Position numbers and translations under genes: made by a program
In this document: positions 1 through 12,588 of the stretch, in pieces
Layout of the letters: each line of letters begins with the position of its first letter
How positions within the stretch are numbered: position 1 is the stretch's first letter
Notes under the pieces: model-generated
The model's database searches: none
Seen by the model: the letters and a program-made list of their open reading frames with translations, nothing else
Told to the model about the DNA's origin: nothing
Assembly (NCBI RefSeq): GCF_009914755.1
Contig: NC_060926.1
Length of the DNA: 64,000 bases
Direction: 5' to 3' (one strand)
DNA from: the human T2T-CHM13v2.0 reference genome, Homo sapiens

Positions 1-120
1 ATGGCTGAGTAGTATTCCATGGTGTGTATATATACATATACATACATACCACATTTTCTTTATCCACTCGCCGATTGAAAGATACTTGCACATGCATGTT
101 TATAGCAACACAATTTTCAA
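1..120 (-). mobile_element. L1 (L1PB-like) 5'-truncated end with an inverted segment
   Basis: 1-77 matches antisense L1 (ATGGCTGAGTAGTATTCCATGG...TTTATCCACTC); 78-120 matches sense L1 (AAAGATACTTGCACATGCATGTTTATAGC). Confidence 0.75.
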
Positions 121-310
121 CAGCAGTTTTTAGTAATACTTTCAAATTAAGGTATATACTGCTTTTAAACATAATGCTGCTCCACGCTTAATGGACTACA
201 GTATGGTGTAAACATCACTTAAATTTGCATTAGGAAAACAAAACATTCATGTAACTTGCTTTATTGTGGTGCTCTGAAACAAAATCCACAATATCTCTGT
301 CATCTGCCTT
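121..310 (+). mobile_element. Tigger1 DNA transposon 3' end
   Basis: Resembles the Tigger1 terminus (…GACTACAGTATGGTGTAAACAT…GCTTTATTGTGGT…CAATATCTC…TGCCT). Confidence 0.75.
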
Positions 311-440
311 TCAGTTTCCTTAAGTAGACACTAATAACCCCCTTTTGACTGAGCTCCTCTCAATGTCTCCATTTTCATCTTTCTGATATTCCTGTGTGTG
401 TATACATCGCTCTAGCTGTAATGAATGATTTGTAATTACC

Positions 441-791
441 TGATATAGACTGAACATTGTGACCCTAAATGCATATCTTGAAACCCTAATCCTCAACATG
501 ATGGTATTTAGAGATGGGTATTTTAGGAGGTAATTAGGTCCTGAGGGTGAGCCCTCATGATAGCATTAATGCCCTTAGAAGAGACCTGAGAGAGCATGTT
601 TCTCTCTCTTCCCCTCTCTTCTCCACGTGAAAGTGTCTATCTACAAGCCAGGAATTGGACACTCACCAGAAACCAAAACAGCCAGCACCTTGAATCTTGG
701 ACTTCTCAGCCCTTAGAACTGTGAGAAATACGTTTCTTCTGTTTAAGCCACCCAGTATCTCTGGTATGTTGTTATAGCAGCTGAGCTAAGA
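441..791 (+). mobile_element. MaLR solo LTR (MLT1A-like)
   Basis: Typical MLT1 motifs: GAAACCCTAATCC, GCCCTCATGAT, TCTTGGACTTC..CAGCC..AGAACTGTGAGAAATA, TTTAAGCCACCCAGT. Confidence 0.8.
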
Positions 792-969
792 AATTTCTTG
801 TATGTGCCTTGCTCTCCCACACTTCCTTTTCTTTGCATGTGCTAGTTCCTCTTCATGGGATGCTCTTGCCCCACTTTTTAAAATGTTACATTGCATTTGA
901 CCCAATATGCCCTTCCCATGTACTCAACAGACATAACAAACCAAAAAATTAGATAGCTCAAATTTGCTT

Positions 970-1120
970 TTTCAGACTAGGTTTTCAAAACTCAGTATAT
1001 ACTTTATAGTTTTGTCACATTACAATTCAATTAAAAATTCAGTTTCTCAGTCACATCAACCACATTTCAAATGGTCAAGAACCACATGTGGCAGAAGGCT
1101 GCTATATTGGACAGCACAAT
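970..1120. mobile_element. hAT-Charlie MER3/MER33-like fragment
   Basis: AAAAATTCAGTTTCTCAGTCACA…CACATGTGGC…TATTGGACAGCAC terminal motif. Confidence 0.6.
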
Positions 1121-2750
1121 GCCATGGGATCCTGAACATTCTCACCTTGATACAAGTTATGACCTATGGAGAGATGATAACACTGCGGTAAAGAAATTAG
1201 CAATACTTGTTTCAATGTTTAAAGAATTATATAATTTGGGTTAAGCATTTACTGAGCCCCTCCCTTGGTAGACTGAGAGGGCCTCCAGAGTTAGGACAAT
1301 ATATTTTTCCTTTTAAAATCCCTTACTTTTATTTCAAGCCATTTTCTATGAATTTTTCCACTTAGCTCAAATTTTGCTTTTTGAGAGTAGGCATGAAGCA
1401 GACCTTGATCTCACAGTCTGACTTAAAAGGTTCCTTCCATGCCCTTACACCACTTTGTGTTATCACTTGACCCATTGCCCTGTGCTCTAATCTCCTGTGT
1501 GCTTGACAGCCTCTCTCATTTGATGGTGTGCTCTTCAAGGAAAGTGACTATACCTTTCTTCTCTGTATCCCCAATGCTGCTGTCATTCCTGGCATAGAGT
1601 TTTGCTAATGGCCATATATTGAATGAATGAATGAGTTTTTTAAAATCAGCCTTAATCAAGTATCAGTCATTAAAAGGTGTCCAGTAGAATGTGATTTGAG
1701 GACCACTGAGAAAAAATACTTCCTCCCTGCCCCCATCTGAAACTCTATCTGATTCTACCTATCCTATTTATTAAGAACACACGTTTGACACTTTATTTCA
1801 CAATATGTCTTTGAGGCATTTTTGCCTCACCCATTAAAATTACAACCTCTTTTGGATAGGGTGCTCTTTGATACATTAGTCATTATTGGCACATGCACTT
1901 ATAAACAGTGACAGCTAGAGAAGAGTAATTTCCTTTGGGAACAGAACAACCTAGGAGAGAAAGATTTTAATATGACAAGAACAGGATTAGCAAAAGACAG
2001 AAAAAAATAGGAGAGTGGTAAAAAAACAAGCATTTCTAACATCTCACCTATGCCTAGTATTAGATCTACCCTTTGCTCAAGGACCTAAAATAGATGTTTC
2101 GTTAAAAATATAGACATTGATTCAGTTAGATCTGAATTCACATCCAAGTTCTGCCATTTCTTCACTCTGTGACTGAGAGAAAGTTATTTATAGTCCCTGA
2201 GTTTCATCTTTCCTAGCAGAAAAAGGAGGACACAACAAATCGTGTAAGGACAGTGAAGGCCACGACACATGCATGCTGTTTGTCATATGCCATACTAGAC
2301 TCCCAACAGAAACTCAATCAATATTATCATATACATCCCTTCTCTCCTATGCTCAAGGCTGTCCATGATCTGGCAGCAATCCATCTATCGGGTATTTTGT
2401 CCAACTTCTTGCCAACAGTAGGTGCCACATCAGTTCCCTAAATGTGTTCCACATGTGTGACCACTGTAACTTTTCACATGCCATTCTTATGTCCAAAGTG
2501 ATGTTCAGATAACTCCCAAGCCTCCCAGGTAACATGGACTATGGGTAGATTGTAGAGAAAGCATAAGGGTTGGGATGTGTGTTGTGTTAGGTAACAGGAA
2601 CATAACCATATTATTTGGATTTTGGAAACCAAATATTTTGCCAACTAAATTGTCTGCCTAAAATACATGCACAGGAAGTTGGGCATGTTTCACACTTCCT
2701 GGGTGTCTTCTATGTACTAGGCTCAGAGCTGCTTTCTCTTTCATCCATAT

Positions 2751-3178
2751 TGTTAAAAAACAAAGCTTCAGCTGAATTAAATTTAAAGGAGTTTAATTGA
2801 GCAGTGAATAATTCACAAATTGGGCAGCCCCCAGAATCACAGCTGATTCAGAGAGACTCCAGGGGTGCCTCATGGTCAGAACAAATTTATAGACAAAAAA
2901 AAGAAAGTGATGTACAGAAATCAGAAGTGAGGTACAGAAACAGCTGGATTGGTTACAAGTTGGTGGTTGTCTTATTTGAACACAGTTTGAACACTCAGCA
3001 GTGTATGAGTGGTTGAAGTACAGCTGCTAGGATTGGCCAAGACTCAGCTATTGTTACAGGCACATACTCTTAAGCTAGACTTTTAATCTTTTCTACCTGT
3101 TAGGTTACAGTTCACCCAGAAGGACTCAAATATAGAAGTACAGAGTCCTTCTCAGGCCATATTTAGTTCGCTTTAACA
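2751..3178 (-). mobile_element. MER57-family ERV1 solo LTR
   Basis: TGTTAA…TTAACA termini. The minus strand begins TGTTAAAGCGAACTAAATATGGCCTGAGAAGGACTC as in MER57; flanks ATAT/GTAT suggest a degenerate 4-bp TSD. Confidence 0.85.
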
Positions 3179-4132
3179 GTATCCTTAGTGGGAGGAGAGT
3201 TAGCAGTTAAAAATTATACCAGGTTTTTCTAAAATACCTGTCAATCTCATCTGATTTATTCTCTGAATGCAGTTAAAGAGTATGTCCCACCTCAGCACAG
3301 GAATATAGCTTTACCCAAGAGACACAGACTACATTCCAAGAAACTCTGACATCAGCTGGCTGGAAGAGAGTGTCTCAGAAGTTGAATTACAACTGCCAGA
3401 TATAAGGCTGAAGCATAGAATTCCTGCAGGGACCTTGCTTTTTTATTAAGAAATCTGCTGATGGAGTTCAGTTTGGCCTGAGCTTGAGCTCAAAGCTCAT
3501 AATACCCTGTTCCACCACGAAATCAAATACAAGTCAATCAAAAATTATTTTTGGCCTGCATTGTGTGCAGTTGCTAGGGAGGCATGATGGGGATGCAGTT
3601 GAGTCAAATAACATGTCTTCCAAGCTGCCTCTATTTTCCAACACAACTGAAAAAGGGCACTTCCAAGCATAACATCTAATTATTCCCCTTTCTGGTGTTC
3701 ACCTCCTTGAGACTGTCTACCACACTCATCATTCTAGGACAGCAGGCACATCTTTTCCCGTCATCAGTTATGTTAATTAGAAGAAATGTCCACTCTCAAC
3801 CATGTATTTCAACTTCTACAGGATTTTGGCTACCACTGAAAAAAAGCATATCTAGGATTTACTAATGAACTTACTAGCTTCTGAGTCCTTCCTCTGTTAG
3901 TATAACAAGAAAAAAAATAATATCCTCAATTGATAGGTGAAAACAATAAAGCTCGGGGAGTTTAAGTGATAAGACATGTATCTAGAAAAGGGCAGATCTC
4001 ATGTTCAAACCCTTACAAAGAAACAAATAAAACAGCTGAGGAAGTCATCAATCCAAAGTACACAATCTCTGTCTCTCCCAGAATGTACTGAGTTTGTGTG
4101 AAAATACTGAGGCATGCATTTCTAATACTTAA

Positions 4133-4144
4133 CACACGGACACA

Positions 4145-4186
<42 letters not shown>
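4133..4186. repeat. (CA)n microsatellite
   Basis: Interrupted CA run, seen directly. Confidence 0.95.
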
Positions 4187-4190
<4 letters not shown>

Positions 4191-7100
4191 ACATACTTGA
4201 AAGTCCTGTATCTGGTACATTATAGCAATATTAGATTTACTTCTAGAAACCAACCTGAGTCCCCAGTGTGGATAAATGCCATACTCTAATGTTTCCCTAG
4301 AATTCTATTTTCTCCTCAATCAAAAGCAATACCTTATATTTAAATTATTATTTATTTTACTGTAAATCTATGTAGGCTGTTACTTTTTGAGGGCCTGCAT
4401 TGTGATTCGTTCCTCTGAAGTTTCCCTCAGCAAATCATACAGGATTTGGCATATAGGTTGTGCTCAAGAAATATAAGTTAAAAAAAAAGCCAAAGTTGAA
4501 TAAATGTTACAGACATTAACTGCAAGAATAAGTAGGCTATTAAGGATTTGTGGAGAATTTAAATGCACCCAGTGTCATTTTTTAATTATTAATTCATCCA
4601 TTCGCTTAAACATATATATTAAGTTTATTTCCCCTACCAAGTCTCATAGTGAATTCTGGTTACAGCAATGAATAAGTGAGGCTGTTGAGGACAGAAATAT
4701 GTGCTCAAAGAATGTATAAGCTAACAATTTTATCTGCTAGAAAATAACATATTAATTTAAAGAAATTTCTATTTTAAAAAGTAGGAAAAAATATTATCCT
4801 CCATTGATAGATGAGAACAATAAAGCCCAGGGAGTTTAAGTAATAAATCATATATGTAAAATGGAACATATCTGGTATTCAAACCCAAGACTGTCTCACC
4901 TGAACTCGTCCATTTTTTATACTGCGCCGTGTTGCCTTCCATAAACAGGAAGTGTTGGGTGGGTAAAGGGAACTGAACTGTATGATGGTGAAAATCATCC
5001 CCTTTCTATAATAAAGTCCATAATAGCTGGCACCAACTTGGTCTCAGGTGTGATACATTAGGAATCTACTTATTGACCACTCGGAGCAGCTCCCCCTTCC
5101 AGTGGCCAATTTAGGCGCCAAGGCAGTTAAAAATAGATTCTCTAGACATTTTCCTTTGCACTAACTCCAAAAGCTGACCGCATCACCTCGCCTCACCTCC
5201 AATTAGTTCTCAATACAAAAGCACTTTGGCTACCGGCCATTTCTAGAACCAGGGAAGCAAACTTCTGACTCAGCCTGAATATAATTCCAAAAACAATACC
5301 ATAAACAGAATGATGTGGAGTGGAGAACGTGGGTCAGATGGAGAGAGGCTCTCTGTCAGCATCATCCACGGTTCATTTGCCATTAATAACAAGGCAGCTT
5401 GCTTTCCTGGGCCTGCTCCAACTTGCTAATAGGTGTTCTCTGGGGATGAACGGAGCCACAGCAGAAGCATCTGTAGGCCTGTGTATTGTTTCTAACAATC
5501 CAGAGCCCCACAGATTTCTATCCTCTGGATTCCTCATTCAAAATGGACGAATTCCCGCTTCCCGGCAGTTATGTTTTCAGCGCTTCCCACAAATGAGGGC
5601 ATTTAATATGTCATAGTAGTTCTCTTCCATTTTCCACTTTAACGCTCCCTTTATTAGAGGTACAAGCCATTGATTTAATTAAAAGGTTAACACCAGAGCA
5701 ATCTAATCTTTCCTCCCCACCCTTCTCATCTGATTTATCCAGGGCTGCAGCTTACATTAGAAATCACAAAAAAGGGAAAAAGCATCAGGCCAGTTTTATA
5801 ACTAGATAAATCAAAGCACAGCTGGGAAGGGCTTAGGGTAGTGAATAGAACATGCATTTTGAGTTGGGATTTTTAGATTTTTAACTCAGCAAGAATTTCA
5901 TCATAATGTTATTTTGGGCATGTTCCTTCTCCTCTCCAGGGCTGTTTTCTGATCTGTTGAATGACTGGGGTTTTCTCAACTTGACTGATTATGAGAATCA
6001 CATGAGATATTTATCAAAAATACAGATTTCCAGGACCCATATCAGATGGAAAATCTGAATCTTCAAAGAGGATAAAGTCGCCCCTAAACATTGTTTATGC
6101 TCACAAGTTCAGCATACTCTATGTAAGTGGACCCTATGGGCTTGTCCAGCTCTGACGTCTTGTCCACCTCTGACTGTGATCTCAAAGCACTCTTATATAT
6201 AAGTAGTAGATAGAAAAATAATCAAGGGCTCTGAATTTTTCTCAAAACTCTTCGGAGATACCATAATACAATAGGGTATTAGCCAGGTCACAGTGAGTGC
6301 TAGACAACATCGAGAAAGCAAATGAACTAATTTTATATCTTGGCTAGACTTCTCTTTGCATGTCCCTGCTCTGTTTCTGTTGCCCTCCTTCATTCTGCAG
6401 GTATTCTTCAGCCCAGTTCTGGCCTTTGTTTTATCCAGACTGCCCATTATATCTGCTCAAAGCACTAGAACCTCATCCATTGGTCCTCTCCTGTCCCTTA
6501 CAATACTATTCCCAACCCTGTCTTGCTGGACAGTATCTGAGAAACTGTGATATTAATGTGCTAATGAGTAGTTTTGGCATAAACTTATTTCTTTAGGCAG
6601 ACTATTTGCAATTTAACTAGAGATATCAACAAAACTTGAAATAATTATTTTAAAAATGTCAGAATTTTGAACACCATGTGCAGTCTAATGTGGATATATT
6701 TGGGGTCAATGTGTGACTTCCGACACACTAAATCACATCATACCATCATTGAAGAAAGAGCATTAATGGGGCTTTATTTTTAAAACTTTGATGTGCTAGA
6801 AGATTTACCTCCAAGCCTTAAAATCTTTCTGCTTCATTCACATAAAAATTTTAAAAATTTAATCAAAAATCCATTTAGCTATTTTCCAATATGACTTACC
6901 AAGTTACTCTTTTCTCCCACTTAGGAGGATCTCTACACTTAGCTTTTATTGACAATGAAGTCTGATTTCTCCCATTGCAAACCTAAGAATAAATTAGAGG
7001 CTTATCAAATATGTGCATCTTTGAAAAGTTTAGAAAAGAAATATGATGTGCCAGAACCACACCACAGGTAACTGCACTGGAAAATAATATAATGTACTTT

Positions 7101-7292
7101 TTAAATGTAAAGCTGAGTGGATACACTTGATTTCTGAAAATAATATTTTCCATATTGAACCAAACGCTTGAAGATTTTCCTGTATGGAGAATAGAAAACA
7201 ATTGAAGGATCATATTACAGAATGAGGCAAAATTTACAACAAAATATTTTCACCAGGATTTATCTCACCAAGTTTACATAAAACCTGAATAG

Positions 7293-7612
7293 AGCTGGGT
7301 GCAGTAGCTCATGCATGTAATCTCGGCACTTTGGGGGGCTGAGGTAAGAGGATCCTTTGAAGCCAGGAGTTTGAGATCAGCCTGGGCAATAAAGCAAGGC
7401 CCCCTATTTACAAAAATAAAAATGAAAATATTAACCAGGCGTGGTAGCACGTGCCTGTAGTCCCAGCTACTCTAAAGGTTGAGGCGGGAGGATCACTTGA
7501 GCCCAGGAATTCAAGGCTACAGTGAGTTATGATCACACCACCGCACTATAGCCTGGTGACAGAGCAAGGCCCTGTCTCTAAAAAAATATTAATCAATAAA
7601 AAATTAAAAGAT
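7293..7612 (+). mobile_element. AluJ-type SINE
   Basis: Full diverged dimer with GGATCACTTGAGCCCAGG; TSD-like AAAA(T)CCTGAATAG on both sides. Confidence 0.9.
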
Positions 7613-8379
7613 TAAAATCCTGAATAGAATAGCCAAACACTGCTCTTTGGTTCTCTAGTGAAATGCACAATGGTTTAAGATGCAGGTTCTGCATGCAGAC
7701 TTCCTGGGTTGGAATGGAGGTAATACCACCTTTAAACTGGGAGTTACTGGGCACGTTAATTAATTTCCCATGCCTTATTTTCTACATGTATAAAAATAGC
7801 ATAAAAGTACCAGCTACTCAATAGGATTTCTGTAAAGAGTAAATGAGATCATGCATGCAACAGCTTAGAACTAATAACTGGATACCAGTTATTAGTTAAT
7901 GTTAGTGGCAAGTGCTTTTATTTTTTACCCAACATGCTTCTTACCTAGAGGAGCAATTAACTGGGAACAATACTGTGCCAATGCAAGCTCTTAATCTCTG
8001 TTTATCACTTTGGTCCAAATCCTGATGAGGATTCTTATCACATGCCAGATCCTAAAGGAGTCTCAGGGATCCTTTTCACCCCCAAGGTTTAGACCTGGCC
8101 GGAGTCATCTTGTTCAGAGCCACCTGCTCCAGGATTCCTTTTCTTTCAGCCTCAATTCAGGCTGGCAGGATCCTTCCTGGTCTTCCCTCACTGGCCGTCA
8201 GCAAGGTGAGAGAAGTCCTGAGATAAGAGCAAGAAAATGTTCTTCTCATTCACCACAGTTTCTGTCAATCAAAAGGATGGACAGATATATTCAATGGTGA
8301 TTTGATTGTGACAGTTTGTTCTCCATATGTCTACTTTCATGTATTCCTTAATGATTTTAAAGTGAATGAACAAATGTGT

Positions 8380-9700
8380 CCCTTGATAAGTCAACAGCTT
8401 TTTATCAAGAGCCAATTTTGTGGCAAGCACCATCCTAGGGACTAAAGATTTGCTGCTGAAGGACAAACGGGGTTCTTAGTCACATGGCACTCACAGTCAA
8501 GAGAAAAAAATATGTATGCCTCAAAAATATGCCAATGATTAAATAATTACAACTGTGGTGAGTGTTACCAAAAAAGTAAATGGATTCTAATATAGTCAAG
8601 GATGTTGGGAATAGAATATAAATGGGACATGTGAAAGATACGTTGCCATCAGGCAAATTTAGTCATTCTGTTCTGAATAATATATAAAAAGTCCATATGA
8701 AAGAGGATATCAAAATCAAAATTATGATGTGTAAAAAGAATTAGGGATGAAATAAAAAAATACCAGAGAGAGAAGCAGGGTCAGCTTATTTGAGGCCTGC
8801 GAGGTCATGTTAAGGATTTGTATTTTTCATGACAGTAATAGAAAATCATTGACAAGTTTGTACTAGGTGAATTAAAAGTTCAGAATTATGTTTTCATAGA
8901 TCACTATGGATGCAATATACAGAAGTACCTGGCAAGGAAAGCTACATGTAAATTATTATGTTGGGACAGACTAAGGCGTATAAGAGGAGACAAAAAATAA
9001 CCAGTGGTATTTGGAAATATATAAGACTTAGAATTGAGAGAATGTTTTTGGAAAAGAGGGAGTGGAGGAGATTCTGGATTGGAAAATTCAGTAGGGCATG
9101 TTTTTTTTTTTTTTATTATTATTTTCCCCACAGTAGGCAACACCAAAGTTAAGATATTTGTGACACGCTGAGTTTCAGGTCTCCCTGCAGCATCTAAATG
9201 GAGATATTGGAAAGGCAGCTGAATATGTGTGTCTGGATCTAGAAGGAGAGGTCTTGGCTTTGAATATAATTTTCATCATTGAAACCATGGGAGTATAAGA
9301 ATTCACTGAGAGAAAGACTATACAGTAAAAAACAAACAAACAAAAACTTAAAATCGAAACTTAAAATCGAATTTAAAAAACTTAAAATCGAGTTTGAAAA
9401 ACTCCAAACATGAAAGTCTAAGCAGCAGAAAATAAATGATAAAAAGAAGCTGTCAATAAATCAGGAGTAAATGAATAGTCCATAGAATCCAAGAAGAAAG
9501 AATGCTTAAAAAATAATGAGAGCATGTCAAATGCTTATGAGAGCCAAGGATGCAGAGGATTAGATGTGTTCAGTGATATTACTGTCATGGAGGCATTGAT
9601 GACTTCATAGGTAGAGCCACCTTTTTTGATGGCTTGCCAAGAGTTGACCTGTGAATGGGAAGTAAAGACATCTAGATGCTAAATATGGGGAGTTTCTTAT
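8380..9700 (-). mobile_element. L2 fragments
   Basis: Degenerate L2-like motifs (GAGTTTCAGG…CATCTAAATGGAGAT…GGCAGCTGAATAT…GGAGAGGTC). Confidence 0.55.
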
Positions 9701-10473
9701 GTTCTTCTATGAAGGACAGGAGAAAGGGTATCACAGTTGGACGGGGACTTGAAGACAAGGTAATACATGTTTCAGACTCTAAAGATTTAGCCATTGTAAT
9801 GTGAAATAGACATGGGGTAACTACAGTAAGCACCCATGTCTCATTCAGAAAGGAGAAGAACGGAGCAGGGAGTAGCACAGGCCCACAGAAACCTGACCCC
9901 TCACTGAGTGGCTTGGGAAGGACTCTTGTCCTGGGGTCAGAGAAGATTTTTTTGACTAAACCTGATTTAAAATCTGAAAGAGAGGATCTAGGAAAAAGGG
10001 GGGGGAAGAGGCTAATCCATATGTTAAGGTTCCTGAGAAAGTGAAATGAACCAGAAAATAAGTGAAGGGATTATTTTTAAATTTAGGAAAAATACATCCT
10101 CAAATCCTTCATTTCACCAGGAGAGGAGAAGATAAGGATACATAAAAATCATTGCAAACATTTTTAGATTCTTCTCTGTAGCTTTCTTATCCCTACCTCC
10201 ACTGTCGTAGTTTGAGTAAGTGTGGCTCATATAACTTTGTCTCTTTGTTTTACTGGTTTCTGAAACATCTGTGTCCATACCTAAAGTACAGACAACTGCA
10301 CATGGCCCTGAGATCTGAGTTTGACTTTGATGCCCTGGCTAAATATATTTTGAGTTGTCTCACTTGATACAGATTTGAATATTTCTTCTTGAAAACAGTA
10401 GAAAGATGAAGTTTCTGGAAGTACCACTCTAGTAGCCTTCCCCTCTGTTTTTATCCTTTACACCAGATAGCCT

Positions 10474-12040
10474 GTGTAATAATCAAGATAGGTTAAGTGA
10501 CTGCTACAAAACAGATAACCCACAGTTTATTTCTTGCTTTTGTTATTTGCCTCATTCAGGAAGACAGGGGAAGCTGGTGGGTGTTTCCAGGCTGATGGAT
10601 CATTTACTGTCTTGGAGCTGCACCATCCAGACACACAACCTTCCTATACAGTGGCAGAGAGAGAAAGCTGAAAAGTTATATGCCAGCTTTTGGGCACTTC
10701 AGTCCAGAAGGAAAACTTGCTATTTCCTCCTATAGTTCCCTGGATAATTACAGAAGGGCTGGGGAGTGTGGTGTAACACATGGGGTGCTGGGCCGCAATC
10801 CACCCTTCTGCTCACTGAACATTTCTGTATTCCCTTCTTTTCACACATGTAACATGCTCATTCCTCAACAAGTGGAACAATCCTCAGTTTCCATTCATCT
10901 GAGGCATAAAGCTCAAAATCTGACATCTCCGGGTGATGTTTTGTAGTTTCTTCTTTAGATTGAAAGAGGCTTGTCTTAGAAAAGACGCGTATAATCCAAA
11001 AAGACAAATCATTTATGCCCCCAATACTCAAATTATAACGTGGGGCAGACAGAGAATAACTACAATAAGCACCCGTATCTCATTCAGAAAGGAGAGAGAT
11101 GAAGCAGGGAGCTGCACAGGTCCACAGACACCTGCATGTTCGCTGAGTGGATTGGAGGGCCTCCTGTCCTGGGTCAGAGAAGATTTTTCTGACTAAACTG
11201 AATTATGACTCTGCAGCATATTTTTCTCCAAGGCGCCTGGGTTCCACCCTACGTAGGATGCTTGCTTTTCTATTTTCCTCTTTGGACATATTTGAAGTCA
11301 GTACTGAGAACTATATACTCCTTGGGTGCTATACAGCACTTAGAGAAAGTTGAAAGCTTAAGACATGTTTTTAGCCTCAAAGAGTTTATCATTTAACTCA
11401 AGTTCCAAATTTCTTTATAATTCTTCCAAAAAATGCGCAGCTTTTTTGTCTATTTAATGCCAATCAATTTAATGTCAATGCCTTCTTGAGACATTCTATG
11501 CTTTTTGACTATTCTCACAGTTCTTGAAAAGCTAGTATTATCTGATCTGTTATATTTGTTTCTTATTCCCCATTCTTTCCTATTCCCTTTTCATTGCAAG
11601 GGGCTCCCTTGAGACTAAAGCTAGTTTATTGAAACACTATAGTCTTAATTATCTTTGCCTTCTGCAGCATCTTCTTTAGCAACAGGTGTGAATGCCATAC
11701 CTATCCGATCTCTATCAAGAAGCTAAGTTAAATTAGTCCCTGTATCTCAAAGCTCTCTCAATTTTATTTACTAGACTTTAGAATTTCAGGGATATCTGTT
11801 CTTCTGATATTATAAGTCTGGATCTTTCAAATAACTCTACTCTTTTTCGTTTCTGAGTGACAGCTGACTAATTCCTTCCCGAGCTTATGAATTGTAGTAC
11901 CCTTTCAAATGCACCCTGTAAGTATTAGCTCCCCTCTGGTATTTATTAGCTCATGTATGGATCATTTAAAATGTCTCAACTTCTCTCCTAGCAAGAAATC
12001 TCTCCCGTGGTAATGCAGCTTTCATTTTCCTGCCAGGTTA
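10474..12040 (-). mobile_element. Old MaLR LTR (MLT1I/J/K-like) plus adjoining internal sequence
   Basis: TGTAATAATCAAGATAGGTTAAG…GTTTATTTCTTGCT resembles an antisense MLT1 end; the downstream sequence resembles MLT1-int. Confidence 0.5.
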
Positions 12041-12287
12041 AAATCTTGAAAGCACAGGTCTGACCCCATGTATATAATTTTTTATTTTACTTAAAAATAT
12101 CTTCATATAGAATAAGAAGAACATTCATATACTGAGTATCCGTTCTCTGCCAGACATGGTTTCATGTGTTAACTCATGTAATCTACCCAGCAGTGTAATC
12201 AATAATCACCCCTTTAACTCACAAGGATATTAGACACACAAAGAGGCAACTCTTTCCAAGTTAGACAGCAATAACTAGCAGAGTTAG

Positions 12288-12588
<301 letters not shown>

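Noticed and set aside
9343-9391. Repeated AAACTTAAAATCG units resembling a repeat-spacer array
   Set aside because: Only three copies with no unique spacers; this is local slippage in human DNA, not CRISPR.
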